Shown here piece after piece: positions 30,365 through 44,100 of a stretch of 64,000 nt of DNA. The DNA lies in assembly GCA_964016885.1 (NCBI GenBank), contig OZ024745.1, forward strand, positions 15,872,001 through 15,936,000. The letters run 5' to 3'. The notes below the pieces were generated by a model. That model saw nothing but the letters and a program-made list of their open reading frames with translations, had not been told where the DNA came from and did no database searches. The stretch is from Eledone cirrhosa. Its lineage: Eukaryota. Each line of letters begins with the position of its first letter. The stretch's first letter is position 1. The position numbers were made by a program, and so were the translations under genes.

Positions 30365-31100
30365 TCTATATATATAAAGTTGTAGTTCCTGTCTGTTTGT
30401 TCGTCTTTTTGTTTGTTCACGAACTTCTCCCATGGTTTTGGAGATACCATAACCATATATATTCTGAACCTACATTGTCCAGGGTACTTGGATATGTATA
30501 TTTCATTTTAATCAAAGGGTTCCCCGGGGCCACAAACCCGCGCTGAAAATCTTTCCCTTCGATTTATATGAAATTTAAACCATAGATATGATGCCTATTC
30601 ACAAAATTTCAGCAAATTTCAATAATATTAAGACACCCTAATGGGGATTAAACCCCCTATAGTGAAAACTTTGGCCAATAAATGGAACAAGATGTGTTGC
30701 AATAAGATTGCATGAGAACTTGATTGAAGCAACCATTATATTCGGGGCTTACAAAGATCAAGCTCTTTTCATTCCAAGGATTCCACTTATACCAAGTGAT
30801 AGCGAGTTGCCTTTTACATTTAAGAGGCTGCAGTTCCCAGTGAGGACATGCTTTGCCATGGCCATCAATAAGAGTCAAGATCAAACTTTCAAAATTATTG
30901 TTATAGGTCTGACAAAGCCATGTTTCAGTCATGGCATGTTTTATGTGGCTGTTTCAAGGACTGAAACTTCAAAAAATCTCTATATTTTAGCCAATCAAAG
31001 ACAGACAAAAAATGTTGTTTACCCTGAAGTTCTTCATTAGGACAAAGTATGAAATATATTTTCATGTATTTATTATGTTTAACTGCGAATATCTAATTTG
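30365..31100 (+). mobile_element. Internally deleted Helitron
   Basis: 5' TCTATATATATAAAG start and a Pif1 C-terminal fragment. The 5' ~240 bp is shared with 38341-38600. Confidence 0.75.
30708..31040 (+). pseudogene. Helitron RepHel Pif1-helicase C-terminal fragment
   Basis: FIPRIPL..SELPFTFKRLQFPV..FAMAINKSQ.QT...FSHG.FYVAVSR...TKNVVYPEVL. Confidence 0.9.
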
Positions 31101-31343
31101 AAAATAATGCTTTACACAAAAATGAAATGAAATGAGTCGGATAAGATCGATACAGATCGAACCTTGAGCCGATCAGTGGCGAAACGCGCGTCACCAACCA
31201 ATAAATGTAATGAAGGAGTAACCAATCGTCCTTGTTATCTTTTCAATATAATACACTCTGTATAGCTCTACACCTTGACACAGAAGTGAACCTAAACATT
31301 GAGTGCTCACCCGGGTGAATCTACAGTAACTCCAAGTTACACT

Positions 31344-31400
<57 letters not shown>

Positions 31401-31648
31401 TGCTCTGAAATAGCGATGTATGTATGAATGTATGTATAGTATATTTGATGATATACTGTAGAAGCGAAGGGATAAGCAATCTTGATAACCGTTAACAAAC
31501 AAGAAAGAGCTGTCAGTTGCTTCCCTTCGTTTTTGCCGAGACTAACTAAGTGACATAGTAACTACTTTAAAACTCATAGCGAATGGTCTTCAAAATGTTT
31601 TTAAATAAACATACAGTATATTATCAAATATCCTATACATACTTTCAC

Positions 31649-31739
<91 letters not shown>

Positions 31740-31746
<7 letters not shown>

Positions 31747-32220
31747 CTGAGGATGTCTGTCTGTGTGTGTGTTTGTGAGTTTGAATCCCTAAAACTCGAG
31801 AAGTACTCAACCGATTTTTTTCTAACTTTACATGTGTATTACTTATGTTTCAGGGAGTTGATCCCCTAGGGCGCGCATTAGGTGAAAAACTCCGTTTTTT
31901 TTCAGATTTTTAGGGATTTTTCAGGCGTTACGTCAGACCGATTTCCTTGAAATTGTAACTATGTATTAGTCAATCTCGTCTTCATACCGTGAGCAAAGAA
32001 GATCCGACTTTTTTTATGGCCTAGGGCCCGCATTAGGTAAATACCTGCATTTTTCCTGCTTCATCGAGGAACATCTTAAAGATTATACAACCATCAGAGT
32101 ATTCGGTTTATTTTCTTTACATATTGTCCAGGCATGCAGTTCTTCCACGATTAGGTCTATTGGCGGCCCGCGTTCCAAAATACCTTATCCCGTGCAACGC
32201 CGGGGCGGTACCACTGCTAG
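31740..32220 (+). mobile_element. Non-autonomous Helitron
   Basis: 3' hairpin cccgtgcaacgccgggg, then CTAG followed by T. Confidence 0.65.
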
Positions 32221-32243
32221 TATATATATATAATATATACATT

Positions 32244-32297
<54 letters not shown>

Positions 32298-32332
32298 CAT
32301 TTATATATACATATACATTTATATATATACAT

Positions 32333-32401
<69 letters not shown>

Positions 32402-32434
32402 CATTTATATATACATATACATTTATATATATAC

Positions 32435-32481
<47 letters not shown>

Positions 32482-32564
32482 GACTGAATACGGGCGCGAT
32501 TTTTCCCCGTTCCATCCTCTTCTCACTCCTTATCGTTCTATTTTATCTCCTATTTCTAAGTCTA

Positions 32565-32600
32565 TCTTCTGATGAAGGACTAGTGCTCGAAACGTTAAAA
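32565..32600 (+). ncRNA. Minimal hammerhead-like motif, degenerate, in a TA-flanked 130-bp insert
   Basis: tctt CTGATGA aggactagtgctc GAAACGTT aaaa. Stems are weak. Confidence 0.5.
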
Positions 32601-32620
32601 CTCTTTATATATATATACAT

Positions 32621-32661
<41 letters not shown>

Positions 32662-34591
32662 CACGCCTTCAGATGAGTGTCCAATTAGGTTCAAAAATCG
32701 ATTAAACGTGTTTATCATGTTTTCAATTTACAGGGAAATTTCTATTTTTTATTATGTTTACATGCCTTCATATTAAATATGTGTATATTTACACAGGTTA
32801 GTGCAGTCTTAATTACACACACTTATATACAACATTTGTTGAAATTCTTAATATTTTCATCTATCGAGTACGTGCGTTTCGCTGGGGAAGTTGTTACCTG
32901 CGCAGCTCGTCAGTTCCTATATTACAACCTGTCACTCGGACAGAGTGCTCTGCCAACTATGGATATGTGTGTGTGTCCACCTGTGTCTGTGTTAGCATAT
33001 GCCCCGTAACTCACTGATTCGACAGTAGTAGTAGTAGTAGTAGTAGTGGCAGGAACAATAAATAAGTAGAACAACGAATATTTTTAAGCAGCTGACTATA
33101 AAGTTGTAAATATTTCCTGTGCACCTGCTTCTCTTTCTTTTAAACCTGACATTTTTCTGCTTTCAACTACTTTTAATTACATCATGTGATACCTCTAATA
33201 ACACCACGTGATATTTACATTACATCACGTGATACTGAGATTACAAGACACTAAAAAAATGGAGATGATTTTAGAGTTTGTCTATTTACGTTATATTGTT
33301 TTAAGATCCTTTTTTCACCAATCCCCAACACAGACTCTTTCGCTCGTTATTTCCCATTCTATTTCTCATATCTATTACACCGCTCTCTCTTTTATCAGTA
33401 TCTCTATTTTAAACATCCAAATTATAGCCTGTACCATCTGCTCGTGACCTCCCTGGAGGGTGGAAGGCCTATTAGGGTTCTATAAACAACATTCCTTTCC
33501 AAATCCGAAGGAAGCAATACTGAATGTTGAAATAACCTGATGGGCTGTATGTCCAAGTGTGTAGATAAGACAAGGAAATATACCAGTCAAAGACAGCATC
33601 ACTTTTAGTATTCTCTTAGACTCATGTAGTTGTGTATAAAGAAAGAAAATAGACTAGTAAAATACTTGGATCTATACAGTTATAGTGGTAAGAAAATCTC
33701 AAGAGTGCTGAACAGCAGAAAGTCTTCAGAGAAAAACCCCTCAAGTGAAGGGACAGAGCCCATGGCTTTTACGGCTACTCCGACAGTTGATATTGTTCTA
33801 CCCGGCAGAGGTTTTTTTTAATTTTTATTTAAATACAATTTATGCAGGGGTAGATATTTAATTAGATTATCTAATATATTCTTCATATTTTTAACAATAC
33901 AGGGCGTAATGTACGGGGGATTTTGACTGCTTTCTTCAGCACGTCGAGTAATTACGTAGAGGTTCTCATTTGGTTGAATATCTGCAGGAAAAGGGGAAAC
34001 ATGAGCAGAGGGTTGGGGTTATTGGGATCAAATAAAGGTGCAGTAAAGGTTTTGAGATTGCTTGTTAAGTAGAAGAGAGGAAACCAGGGCAGTAAGAGCC
34101 TTAACATTTGGGGTTCAAATTCTGCTGAGGTCAATTTTGTGTTTCATCTTTCTGAGTCAATAACGTAGCAGTTCAGTACTGGAATCAAGTTAAAGTTGTT
34201 AGTCTGTGATTTTATCAACCTCGTTTGTATTATCTGGAAGATAGTGTATATGTAAAACCCGAAACACCCAGTAACACCAGTATACAACAATATTGGAAGC
34301 ATATAAGAAGTTATTAACGTGTTTTATATTGTGTCAATCCCCCATATTTTAGAATGGATTTTGGAAATAATTCCAGATTGAATAAAAATCTTCTGAATTA
34401 ATTCTTCATGTAGTGAATACATCAAGAGAAATGGCCAGACAGCTATTGTGTTAGCTATAGAATTGAATATGCATAGAGACAGAGGAGCAGAATCTTCAAC
34501 GTGAATATCAACTGGAATATCCTATAGATAATAAGAAAATATAAGAGAAAAAAATGTGTGTGAGAGTAAGTATATATATACGCGTATATCT

Positions 34592-34626
<35 letters not shown>

Positions 34627-34681
34627 CATATATATACGTATATATATATACATATATATATATATGTATATATATATATGA

Positions 34682-34800
34682 AGGCGTATGGCTGAGTGGT
34701 TAGGGAATTGGATTCGCAACCGTAAGGTTGTGAGTTCGATTCCAGGACCGGGTGATGCGTTATGTCCTTGGGCAAGACACTTTATTTCACGTTTCTCCTT
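34682..34800 (+). mobile_element. tRNA-derived SINE head (second family)
   Basis: A box tggctgagtgg and B box gagttcgattcc, followed by the SINE-type core tccttgggcaagacacttt. Confidence 0.75.
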
Positions 34801-35120
34801 CTACCTGGAGTTGCGGCTGATAGAGAGTATTAGCAATAAGAAAGACCAACGGAAACATTGTTTCCTCGGTCCGATTTGACAAAAGTCGATCGACTGTCAA
34901 TATATATATATATATATATAATAATAATAAATTTGAAGACTAAAATCCAAAGAGGGCTCGATAAGGATAAATATATATCAAATATATAAGAACCATAGAA
35001 CAAATATTTATTAAAGTACAGATTAAGCAAAGAATCGCTGCTTTCACCCGTTAAGGGTGAAAGCACCGATTCTTTGCTTAAACTTTAATCTGTTATTTTA
35101 GTAAATAAATAAATAAATAA

Positions 35121-35162
<42 letters not shown>

Positions 35163-36452
35163 CATTTTGAGAGAGTCAATATAATGGAGAGACAGGACAA
35201 CAGATTGTACTGAACAATGTTTTATCCTATATCATTCAAGATGTTTCTACATTGAACAATTAACCATAAACCCAATATATCCACCCTGAAGCCACATCTG
35301 TACAATCTATTTATATTTTCTAGGTGCATAGGTGTAGATATAATTTATATATACAATTCATAACGATTGAAGTGTGTGTGTATGTATTTACCGGATGAGG
35401 CAAAAGTGTTATATCCAGTTTATTGACTGAAGTAAATTTGAATACGAACTGGCTTTATAAATAATTACGTGTGTCGCTTATCTGTGACACTTGTATTAAT
35501 ATAAAATGTTTTCTAAGTTATTTTCTAGATTTCACAGCGTTAAAGAGCACCAATCTGATTTTGGTTTTCTCTTTATAAAATGATAGTCAACAATTTCATA
35601 GTTCCAGCTTTGACATCGTTAAGAAACGACAGTGGGTCTCTGAGTAGGTCGTCTTAACATCACTGCCAATAATTCCATTGTACCAATATTGATTACAACA
35701 AAAACTGATCCTCCCTATGAACTGAGCCGCCAAGAGTTAAATATCTTTGCCAAGACCAATGTACGGAGCCAATCCTCAAATATGTAGTCATATCTTCCAT
35801 CAGCAAATTAAATGATTAAAAGTTGCCATTGTATGTAAAGCTACTTATATATAATGACGATAATAATACAAATAGTAGTAGTAGTAGTAGTAGGAGTAGT
35901 AGTAGTAGTCGTAATAGTAGTAGTAGTAGTAGACGTAGTAGTAGTAGTAGTAGTAGTCGTAATAGTAGTAGTAGTAGTAGACGTAGTAATCGTAGTAGTA
36001 GTAGTAGTAGCAGTAGCAGTAGCAGAGCAGCAGCAGCAGCAGCGGCAGCAGCAATGGTTTCGGATTTAGGCATAAGGCCAACAATTCTGGTGAAGGGGAA
36101 AGTCGACTATTGGAACTCCAGTGCGTTACTGGTACTTTATTTTATCGACCTCGAATATTATTATTACTATAATAATTTTGCTACTGATTTCCTGTCTGAT
36201 ACCCAAGCTGAGTGAACTGTGGCAACTGGTGCTGCAACAGAAGTAACATTAATGATAAAGAAACAACTACATGAAGAACTAGTATCGAAGTGGGAGCAGA
36301 AAAGACTACATGGTAAATATGTGGTACGGAGCAAGTAAGCTGACGTTGATCAAAAACGCCCCCACCAGTAGTTATGGAGATAACTGCGGCTTCATTTTAG
36401 CTGCTATCTACTTCTGTATTGAGTACTCTTTTCTCTCAGCCGTTAATCACAT

Positions 36453-36489
<37 letters not shown>

Positions 36490-36493
<4 letters not shown>

Positions 36494-36686
36494 GAAAAAC
36501 CACAGACCCTCCATCTCGACTCTACTTTTGAAAAGCAGAAGAACTGCGAAACCGGTAAAGGAACCAAATAAATATATATATTTTAAAATAAGACTCCAGT
36601 TGCATTTTCGATTTCATCTTTTTTTCTTTATACTTTCACTCGTGTAGAACACCTCGGTTATTTTTTATTTTGTAAAAAAACCTCAC

Positions 36687-36693
<7 letters not shown>
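36490..36693 (+). mobile_element. Family G ~205-bp TA-embedded element
   Basis: gtgagaaaaaccac...cctcactttctaa(TA)n. Copies at 29852-30013, 37551-37757, 37783-37924, 37932-38075, 46540-46573 and 60567-60700. Confidence 0.85.
36523..36562 (+). ncRNA. Minimal hammerhead with U3-A8 variant core (family G)
   Basis: ctt TTGAAAA gcag-aagaa-ctgc GAAAC cg GTA aag. Stem III is the palindrome ACCGGT; stem I is short. Confidence 0.6.
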
Positions 36694-36731
<38 letters not shown>

Positions 36732-36894
36732 TCCTGTCTGCTTTCAATCAAATTTGACAGGAAGACTTGTGTCTCTGTCACTACGTAGTTGGTCCACGCC
36801 TTGATTTAATCAGTAATGCTTCCTGGTAGTTCTTCTTCCATATCTCACATGTACTGCATGTTTTTCATAATTATTTTTCATAAACCTCACTTTT

Positions 36895-36940
<46 letters not shown>

Positions 36941-36943
<3 letters not shown>

Positions 36944-37085
36944 CGGGTAAAATTCCCGAGATCCATGGCCGAGTTCTCTCCAGCGGTCTCTGTCCCTCAT
37001 TATCGCTGCCATGGACACACTAGAAGAGGAAGACCAAGGTTAACGTATGTTGATGCCCTAAGGACAGACACTGGTCTGTTGGAGA
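36941..37085. mobile_element. RTE family C 3' end with internal inversion
   Basis: 36941-37013 is the minus-strand terminus and 37010-37085 is the plus-strand upstream part ([25 protein letters not shown]). Confidence 0.75.
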
Positions 37086-37097
37086 TATATATATATA

Positions 37098-37190
<93 letters not shown>

Positions 37191-37206
37191 GTATATAGTG
37201 GGAGGT

Positions 37207-37252
37207 ATCGTGCTGATGAGAACCTGTTCAGTTCGAAATGCGCATCGACGAT
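37207..37252 (+). ncRNA. Minimal type I hammerhead ribozyme
   Basis: atcgtg CTGATGA gaac-ctgttca-gttc GAAA tgcgc ATC gacgat. The first stem I pair is a G.G mismatch. Confidence 0.75.
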
Positions 37253-37441
37253 TGTCCCCCTTGGTTCTGCTGGACACCGCCAGACGACGTTAGTCGCAGG
37301 TGTTTTAGCATACCTACGATTCTCTAAATGTTTATTTTAAACATACCGTATTTCTTCAGAAATACGAAATTCCAACATATATACACACACACACACACAA
37401 ACACACACACAAACACACACACACAAACACACACAAACACA

Positions 37442-37550
<109 letters not shown>

Positions 37551-37752
37551 TAGAAAGTGACCTTTTTTTTACAAAATGAAAAATAACCGAGGTGTCCTAC
37601 ACGAGTGAAAGTATAAAGAAAAAAAGATGAAATCGAAAATGCAACTGGAGTCTTATTTAAAAAAAATATATATATATTTATTTGGTTCCTTTACCGGTTT
37701 CGCAGTTCTGCTTTTCAAAAGTAGAGTCGAGATGGAGGGTCTGTGGTTTTTC

Positions 37753-37789
<37 letters not shown>

Positions 37790-38340
37790 AGATGAAATCG
37801 AAAATGCAACTGGAGTCTTATTTTTTTTTTAAATATATATATTTATTTGGTTCCTTTACCGGTTTCGCAGTTCTTCTGCTTTTCAAAAGTAGAGTTGAGA
37901 TGGAGGGTCTGTGGTTTTTCTCACATCAGATGTGAGAAAAACCACAGACCCTCCATCTCAACTCTACTTTTGAAAAGCAGAAGAACTGCGAAACCGGTAA
38001 AGGAACCAAATAAATATATATATTTAAAAAAAAAATAAGACTCCAGTTGCATTTTCGATTTCATCTTTTTTTCTCTATATATATATATATATAACGAAGG
38101 AAGTGTGATAAGGAACCAGGCGGGCCATAACCCACCAGAGTACTCGATACTTAAGGTAGTAGAGTGGGTAATAGGTAAAGAGTGTGTGTATGTTCGTTGA
38201 AAGATGTTCTGGGCTCGATAAAATAAGGTACAAGTTATATACTGGGTCGAAGAAACGACTTTCTCCTTTTTCCAAATAGCTGCTCTTGTGCCATTGCTAG
38301 AAAAAACATTATTATGCTGGTTTTTGGAGCATAACTTAGC

Positions 38341-38855
38341 TTTATATATAAAGTTGTATTCCTGTCTGTTTGTTTGTAAGTTTGTTTGTTCACGATTCCT
38401 CCTATGGTTTTGGAGATAGACCCCCCCCCCCCACATAACCATATATATTCTGAAACTACATTGCCCAAGGTACTTGGATAAGTATATTTCATTTTGATCA
38501 AATGGATCGCCGGGGGCACAAAACTTCCGCTGAAAATTTGTTCCTTTCCATTTATATTAAATTTAAACCATAGGTAAATGACAAGATATGATGCCTATTC
38601 ACACAAGTTTTGAATTTATATTTTAAAAAAAATTATTTACAAGAAACAAAATAAGAATAAGATTTAATAATGAAATTTTGATTTGATATATTACAAAAAA
38701 TAATATTTTCCAATTTTTCATGCATTACATTTTACATTGAGTAATATTGAAATGCAGAGTTTTTCTCCATAATTATATCACTGATTTAAAATCAATCATC
38801 ATTTTCTTACAAAACAAATGTGTGAAACGCAGTAAGGCGCGGGTAATTCGGCTAG
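38341..38855 (+). mobile_element. Non-autonomous Helitron related to the 30365 copy
   Basis: Shared 5' sequence; 3' end cgcagtaaggcgcgggtaattcggCTAG|T. Confidence 0.7.
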
Positions 38856-39388
38856 TCTTATATAAAACTATGATGGAAAACTGAGATACCTATAAACACC
38901 TTGAAACAGTTATGTATCACAGAACCACGAACAGTTTCTGACTGTCCGGTGTGAAAAGGCTTAAAGGACAACAGTAAACATCATATCAAGGATGAACATA
39001 TATGAAACTGAAGTTTTCAAACACGATAAAGGTTCTATTAACCACGAGGAATGATGCTATGAATTATATTTGATACGTATTCCAGGAAGCCCCCAAATTT
39101 CTAACCAAGATGATGAGAAAATGTATTGTACACTAATATCTAATAAAAAGTTTCAATAATATCTCCTGAGAAAATATCTTAAATTTATGTACTCTAACTG
39201 TATATTTATATAATGTTCTACTTCCATAATATATGATTTATTTTCAGTGGTGTAGTAATTCTTATATATAGTTTATGGCACCTATACATTCAGATATTTT
39301 TTGTGTTGATAAAAGACAAATTCTTGTTTTAATGAAACCGTGCTAAACATATGGCTTGAATGCACAGCTGTTAGATGTCTTTAAGTAC

Positions 39389-39466
<78 letters not shown>

Positions 39467-39597
39467 CTCTCTCTATCTATCTATCTATCTATCTATGTAT
39501 CTATCTATCTAAATATCTGCTTGTCTATGTGTATAACTTTCATAGTTGTCTACGTATATTTACCAATGTAGCTATCTTACGGATGCTATGCTAGTAT

Positions 39598-39693
<96 letters not shown>

Positions 39694-39732
39694 ACACACA
39701 CACACACACAGACACACACACACAAACACACA

Positions 39733-39784
<52 letters not shown>

Positions 39785-39789
39785 AAAAA

Positions 39790-39929
39790 ACATCATGTTT
39801 AATAGAGAAAAGGCTTCTACAGGAATAAAACTGTTTCATTCTAAAGAAATCATCTGACTTTCCTGATGATTTCTTTTGAATGAAACAGTACTAGTCCTGT
39901 AGAAAGCATTTCTATATTAAACATGATGT
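39790..39929. repeat. Fold-back centred on two opposed HHR-like cores
   Basis: CTGATGAtttcttttgaatGAAACAGT at 39863-39889, with its diverged reverse complement at 39830-39856. The outer arms are catcatgtttaata/tattaaacatgatg. Confidence 0.6.
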
Positions 39930-39991
39930 TCACTCACTACTAATGAAGTGAGTGCCTTACTAACTGCGGTTACCTCCGATTGAACCCGAGA

Positions 39992-40042
<51 letters not shown>

Positions 40043-40229
40043 CGGAGGAAAAGTGGTAAGGAACCAGGTGGACCATAACGCACCAAAGTACTCAAAACTT
40101 AGGGTTGTAGAGTGGGTAATAGGAACGAGTAGGACCCCGACGGCTGAGCTCAAGCCGTTTCGACGGCTAATTCTGGACTGAATTAGCCGTCGAAACGGCT
40201 TGAGCTCAGCCGTCGGGGTCCTACTCGTT

Positions 40230-40305
<76 letters not shown>

Positions 40306-40461
40306 GGAAAAGAGTCAGAACCCCGACGGCAGAGCTCGAGCCGTTTCGACAGAGCTCTGCCGTCGGTTTCTGACTCTTTTCCTATTACCCATTCTACTAC
40401 CCAAAATATCGAGTACTCTGGTGCGCTATGGTCCACTTGGTTCCTTACCACACTTCCTTCG

Positions 40462-40537
<76 letters not shown>

Positions 40538-42498
40538 GAATACGTATTTAAGAAAGCCACAACAATGCAAAGGGAAATCTCGAGGTAGGAAGTGAAATAT
40601 AGATAGGAAAAACAGGTGAAAGTGAAAATTGAGAGAGACAAAGATGAAAACAAAACAAAGGTAGAAGGGTTACCGTAGTAGAGATTTAATCCCAATATTT
40701 CGGGATCACGCCCATCAACGGGGGAAAAGTTCCAAAAGGGGGGAAACAGGCCAAGCGGAGAAAGTTGTGATGTCGTTAAGACAGGAATGCCGTTATGGGG
40801 AGAAAAATATTTAAAATTTAAACGAGGGAAAGAATGCGCGTGCGCGTGATAGGCTGTGGCAAAAGCTACTGACCAAATGGGTTAAATCAAGAGGGTGCGT
40901 TAGCGTGTGAAAGCCGTAAGATATGTGTATGTAAATATATATGTGTGTGTAACTGTGTGTGTATAAGTGTAAGTGTGTATATGTGTGAGTGTGTGTGTGT
41001 GTGAAAGATAGTGGGCTGTAGAAGTTGGAAATCAAAGGGTGTGAAAGGTGGTAGGTTGTAAAATATGTGTGCGTGTATAAATATAGATGTGTGTGTGTAA
41101 GCGTATGGGTATACATGTGTGTGTAACTGTGTGTGTATATGTGTGAGTGCGTTTGTGTGTGAAAGATAGTGGGCTGTAGAAGCTGGAAATCAAAGGGTGT
41201 GAAAGGTGGTAGGTTGTAAAAACATGTGTGCGTGTATAAATATAGATGTGTGTGTGTATGCGTATGGGTATGCATATACGTGCGTGTGTGTGAAGATAGC
41301 AGGCCGTAGGCTGTGAATGGTCATTATGGTTAAGTTAGCCATGTCAGCTCATTTCTCTCAGCCCGGTTGTTAAGTGGGGGTCTGAGGTTCTTAATAACAA
41401 GTGCTTCCTTTATCCTTAAGGATCCGATGCTGCGTTCAGTCGCTAGGACTGTGACCAAGGGTCTACCCTGTGGGTTTCCGCATTTAAGGATATGTTTACG
41501 GAAGGAAGATGCGTTGGTGTTGATATGTTCCTTGATACGAACATGTAGGGGTCGGATGGTGGTACCTATGTAAAACTTGTTACATTTATCGCATTGAATC
41601 TTATATACGACATAGGTGCGTAGGCAATCTGCCCCCCGTATCGGGCAGTTGCTGAGGGAACACGTCCCATCTGCCTCGTAGGGTTTGTTGGAGAGGCATC
41701 TTCGCAGCGAAGGTCCTGTGTGGGCCAAATGTATGTCAAGTCCCTCCGTCCGTATGGCCCTGCGGATGGCGTTCGTGGTATATTCACTCAGGTGGGGGAT
41801 TTTAAAGAAGCACCTGCTAATATTAAGTTTTCTAGTGGGTGTCGGTCTACTGGGTCTGGGGTCTCTAATTCCGTTAATCAGTCGCTTGGGATAACCATTA
41901 GATCTGAGTAGATTACGGAATTGCGTGGTATGGGTGAGACCACCCATCGGGTCGCTGCATCTGTTGCCACTTCTACAGCCCACTATCTTTCACACACACA
42001 CACACTCACACATATACACACTTACACTTATACACACACAGTTACACACACATATATATTTACATACACATATCTTACGGCTTTCACACGCTAACGCACC
42101 CTCTTGATTTAACCCATTTGGTCAGTAGCTTTTGCCACAGCCTATCACGCGCACGCGCATTCTTTCCCTCGTTTAAATTTTAAATATTTTTCTCCCCATA
42201 ACGGCATTCCTGTCTTAACGACATCACAACTTTCTCCGCTTGGCCTGTTTCCCCCCTTTTGGAACTTTTCCTCCGTTGATGGGCGTGAGCCCGAAATATT
42301 GGGATTAAATCTCTACTACGGTAACCCTTCTACCTTTGTTTTGTTTTCATCTTTGTCTCTCTCAATTTTCACTTTCACCTGTTTTTCCTATCTATATTTC
42401 ACTTCCTACCTCGAGATTTCCCTTTGCATTGTTGTGGCTTTCTTAAATACGTATTCTTACACATTTCACAATGCTTCAAGCAAACTTTAACACCCTCT
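40538..42498. mobile_element. Penelope-like element fragment flanked by 488-bp inverted pLTRs
   Basis: 40538-41025 is the reverse complement of 41969-42456. A GIY-YIG ORF lies between them, with (TA)n on both sides. Confidence 0.9.
41330..41940 (-). CDS. Penelope-like thumb/linker plus GIY-YIG endonuclease (truncated)
   Basis: LRSNGYP, CSLSNCPI...C, VVYKIQCDKCNKFYIGTT.RPL..RIKEH, KEAL.I...P.LN. Confidence 0.88.
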
Positions 42499-42710
42499 TA
42501 TATATATATATATATATATATAACGAAGGAAATGTGGTAAGGAACCAGGTGGACCATAACGCACCAAAGTACTCAATACTTAGGGTAGTAGAGTGGGTAA
42601 TAGGAATAAGTGAGACCCCGACGGCTGAGCTCAAGCCGTTTCGACGGCTAATTCTGTACGGAATTAGCCGTCGAAACGGCTTGAGCTCAGCCGTCGGGGT
42701 CTCACTTGTT

Positions 42711-42758
<48 letters not shown>

Positions 42759-43069
42759 ATATAAATACATACATATATACATAGCGTAAGAGGACGTTAG
42801 TATGTTTGTATATGATATGCCTACATAGATGGTGTCATTTGAAGATTATAGTTTAGTGGAAATATTTATACTGCCCAACAGCAATAGTAGGAAGAGAGGT
42901 TGTTGGCAACATATTAGATAATAACAGTAGCATCTGTTTATATTCCCAGGCAGTCAGCCATTCCTAGTTAACTGTCTCCGTTAACTGTCAGATAATTACT
43001 TCCTTAACTCTCTTACCATCTCATCTTCCAGATTTTAGTTGCTGGCACTAGCTTATGTGTATTCTTCTT

Positions 43070-43169
<100 letters not shown>

Positions 43170-43178
43170 ACACACACA

Positions 43179-43242
<64 letters not shown>

Positions 43243-43350
43243 TTCTTTCTTTTGTCGTGATGTGTTATTGTTCGTTTCTACTTATTATTTTGCTATCGTC
43301 TTCATATCATGCATGTACGCATGTAAGTATATATGTACGTATGTATGTTA

Positions 43351-43866
43351 TCTCTTTCTCTTAATTTCGAGTATATTTTTTTGACCGGCCACCTTCCTGG
43401 TGGCAAGGTTGTAAAAGAAAAGAAATTGTCATCCCTTGAATCGCAAGAATGTTTTGCAAATTTTGAAGGTGCCACCTATCGCAGCCATTTGTAGACTATG
43501 AGTTAGGGAGCTGCGCTTTTTGTCCGCAAATCCAAGTTCAGTCATACTTTGGTCCAAGCGGGTTGGTATATAACCCGTAGCTCCAATAATGATGGGTATG
43601 AAGCTAAAGGTGTATCTTGGATACTGGATTTGTAAACTCCTCATCAATGGTCCGTAGATGTCCTCCTTCTCCTGTATTTTTCTGACAACGTTTACATCAA
43701 GTGGGCAGCTGATCTCCACAACAGAACACGTTTTCAATGTGTGGTCCCAAACAACAATATCAGGCCGGTTGTGCTTTAATTTGGTGGCAATTTTTATTTT
43801 CAGGTTCCACCAGTATTCCTTAGTGCCATCTGTCTCAATATATTCTTTTTTGTGTATATTCTTCTT
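43351..43866 (-). mobile_element. R4/Dong-like LINE 3' fragment (family 2)
   Basis: Near-identical to 54655-55155 (RPDIVVWD..VVEISCP and 3' UTR), bounded by (TATG)n. Confidence 0.9.
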
Positions 43867-44100
43867 TATGTATGTATGTATGTATGTATGTATGTATGTA
43901 TGTATGTATGTATGTATGTATGTATGTATGTATGTATGTATGTATGTATGTATGTATGTATGTACGTTTGTATGTATGTATGTACATATGTAAGTACATA
44001 TGTATGTATGTATGCATGTACGAATATAAGTATGTATGTATGTATGTATGTATGTATGTATGTATGTATGTATGTATGTATGTATGTATGTATATACGTA

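Noticed and set aside
30708-31040. Host PIF1 gene
   Set aside because: Only a C-terminal fragment with altered motifs inside a Helitron-like shell.
34682-34752. tRNA gene
   Set aside because: No acceptor stem pairing, and it continues into a SINE core.
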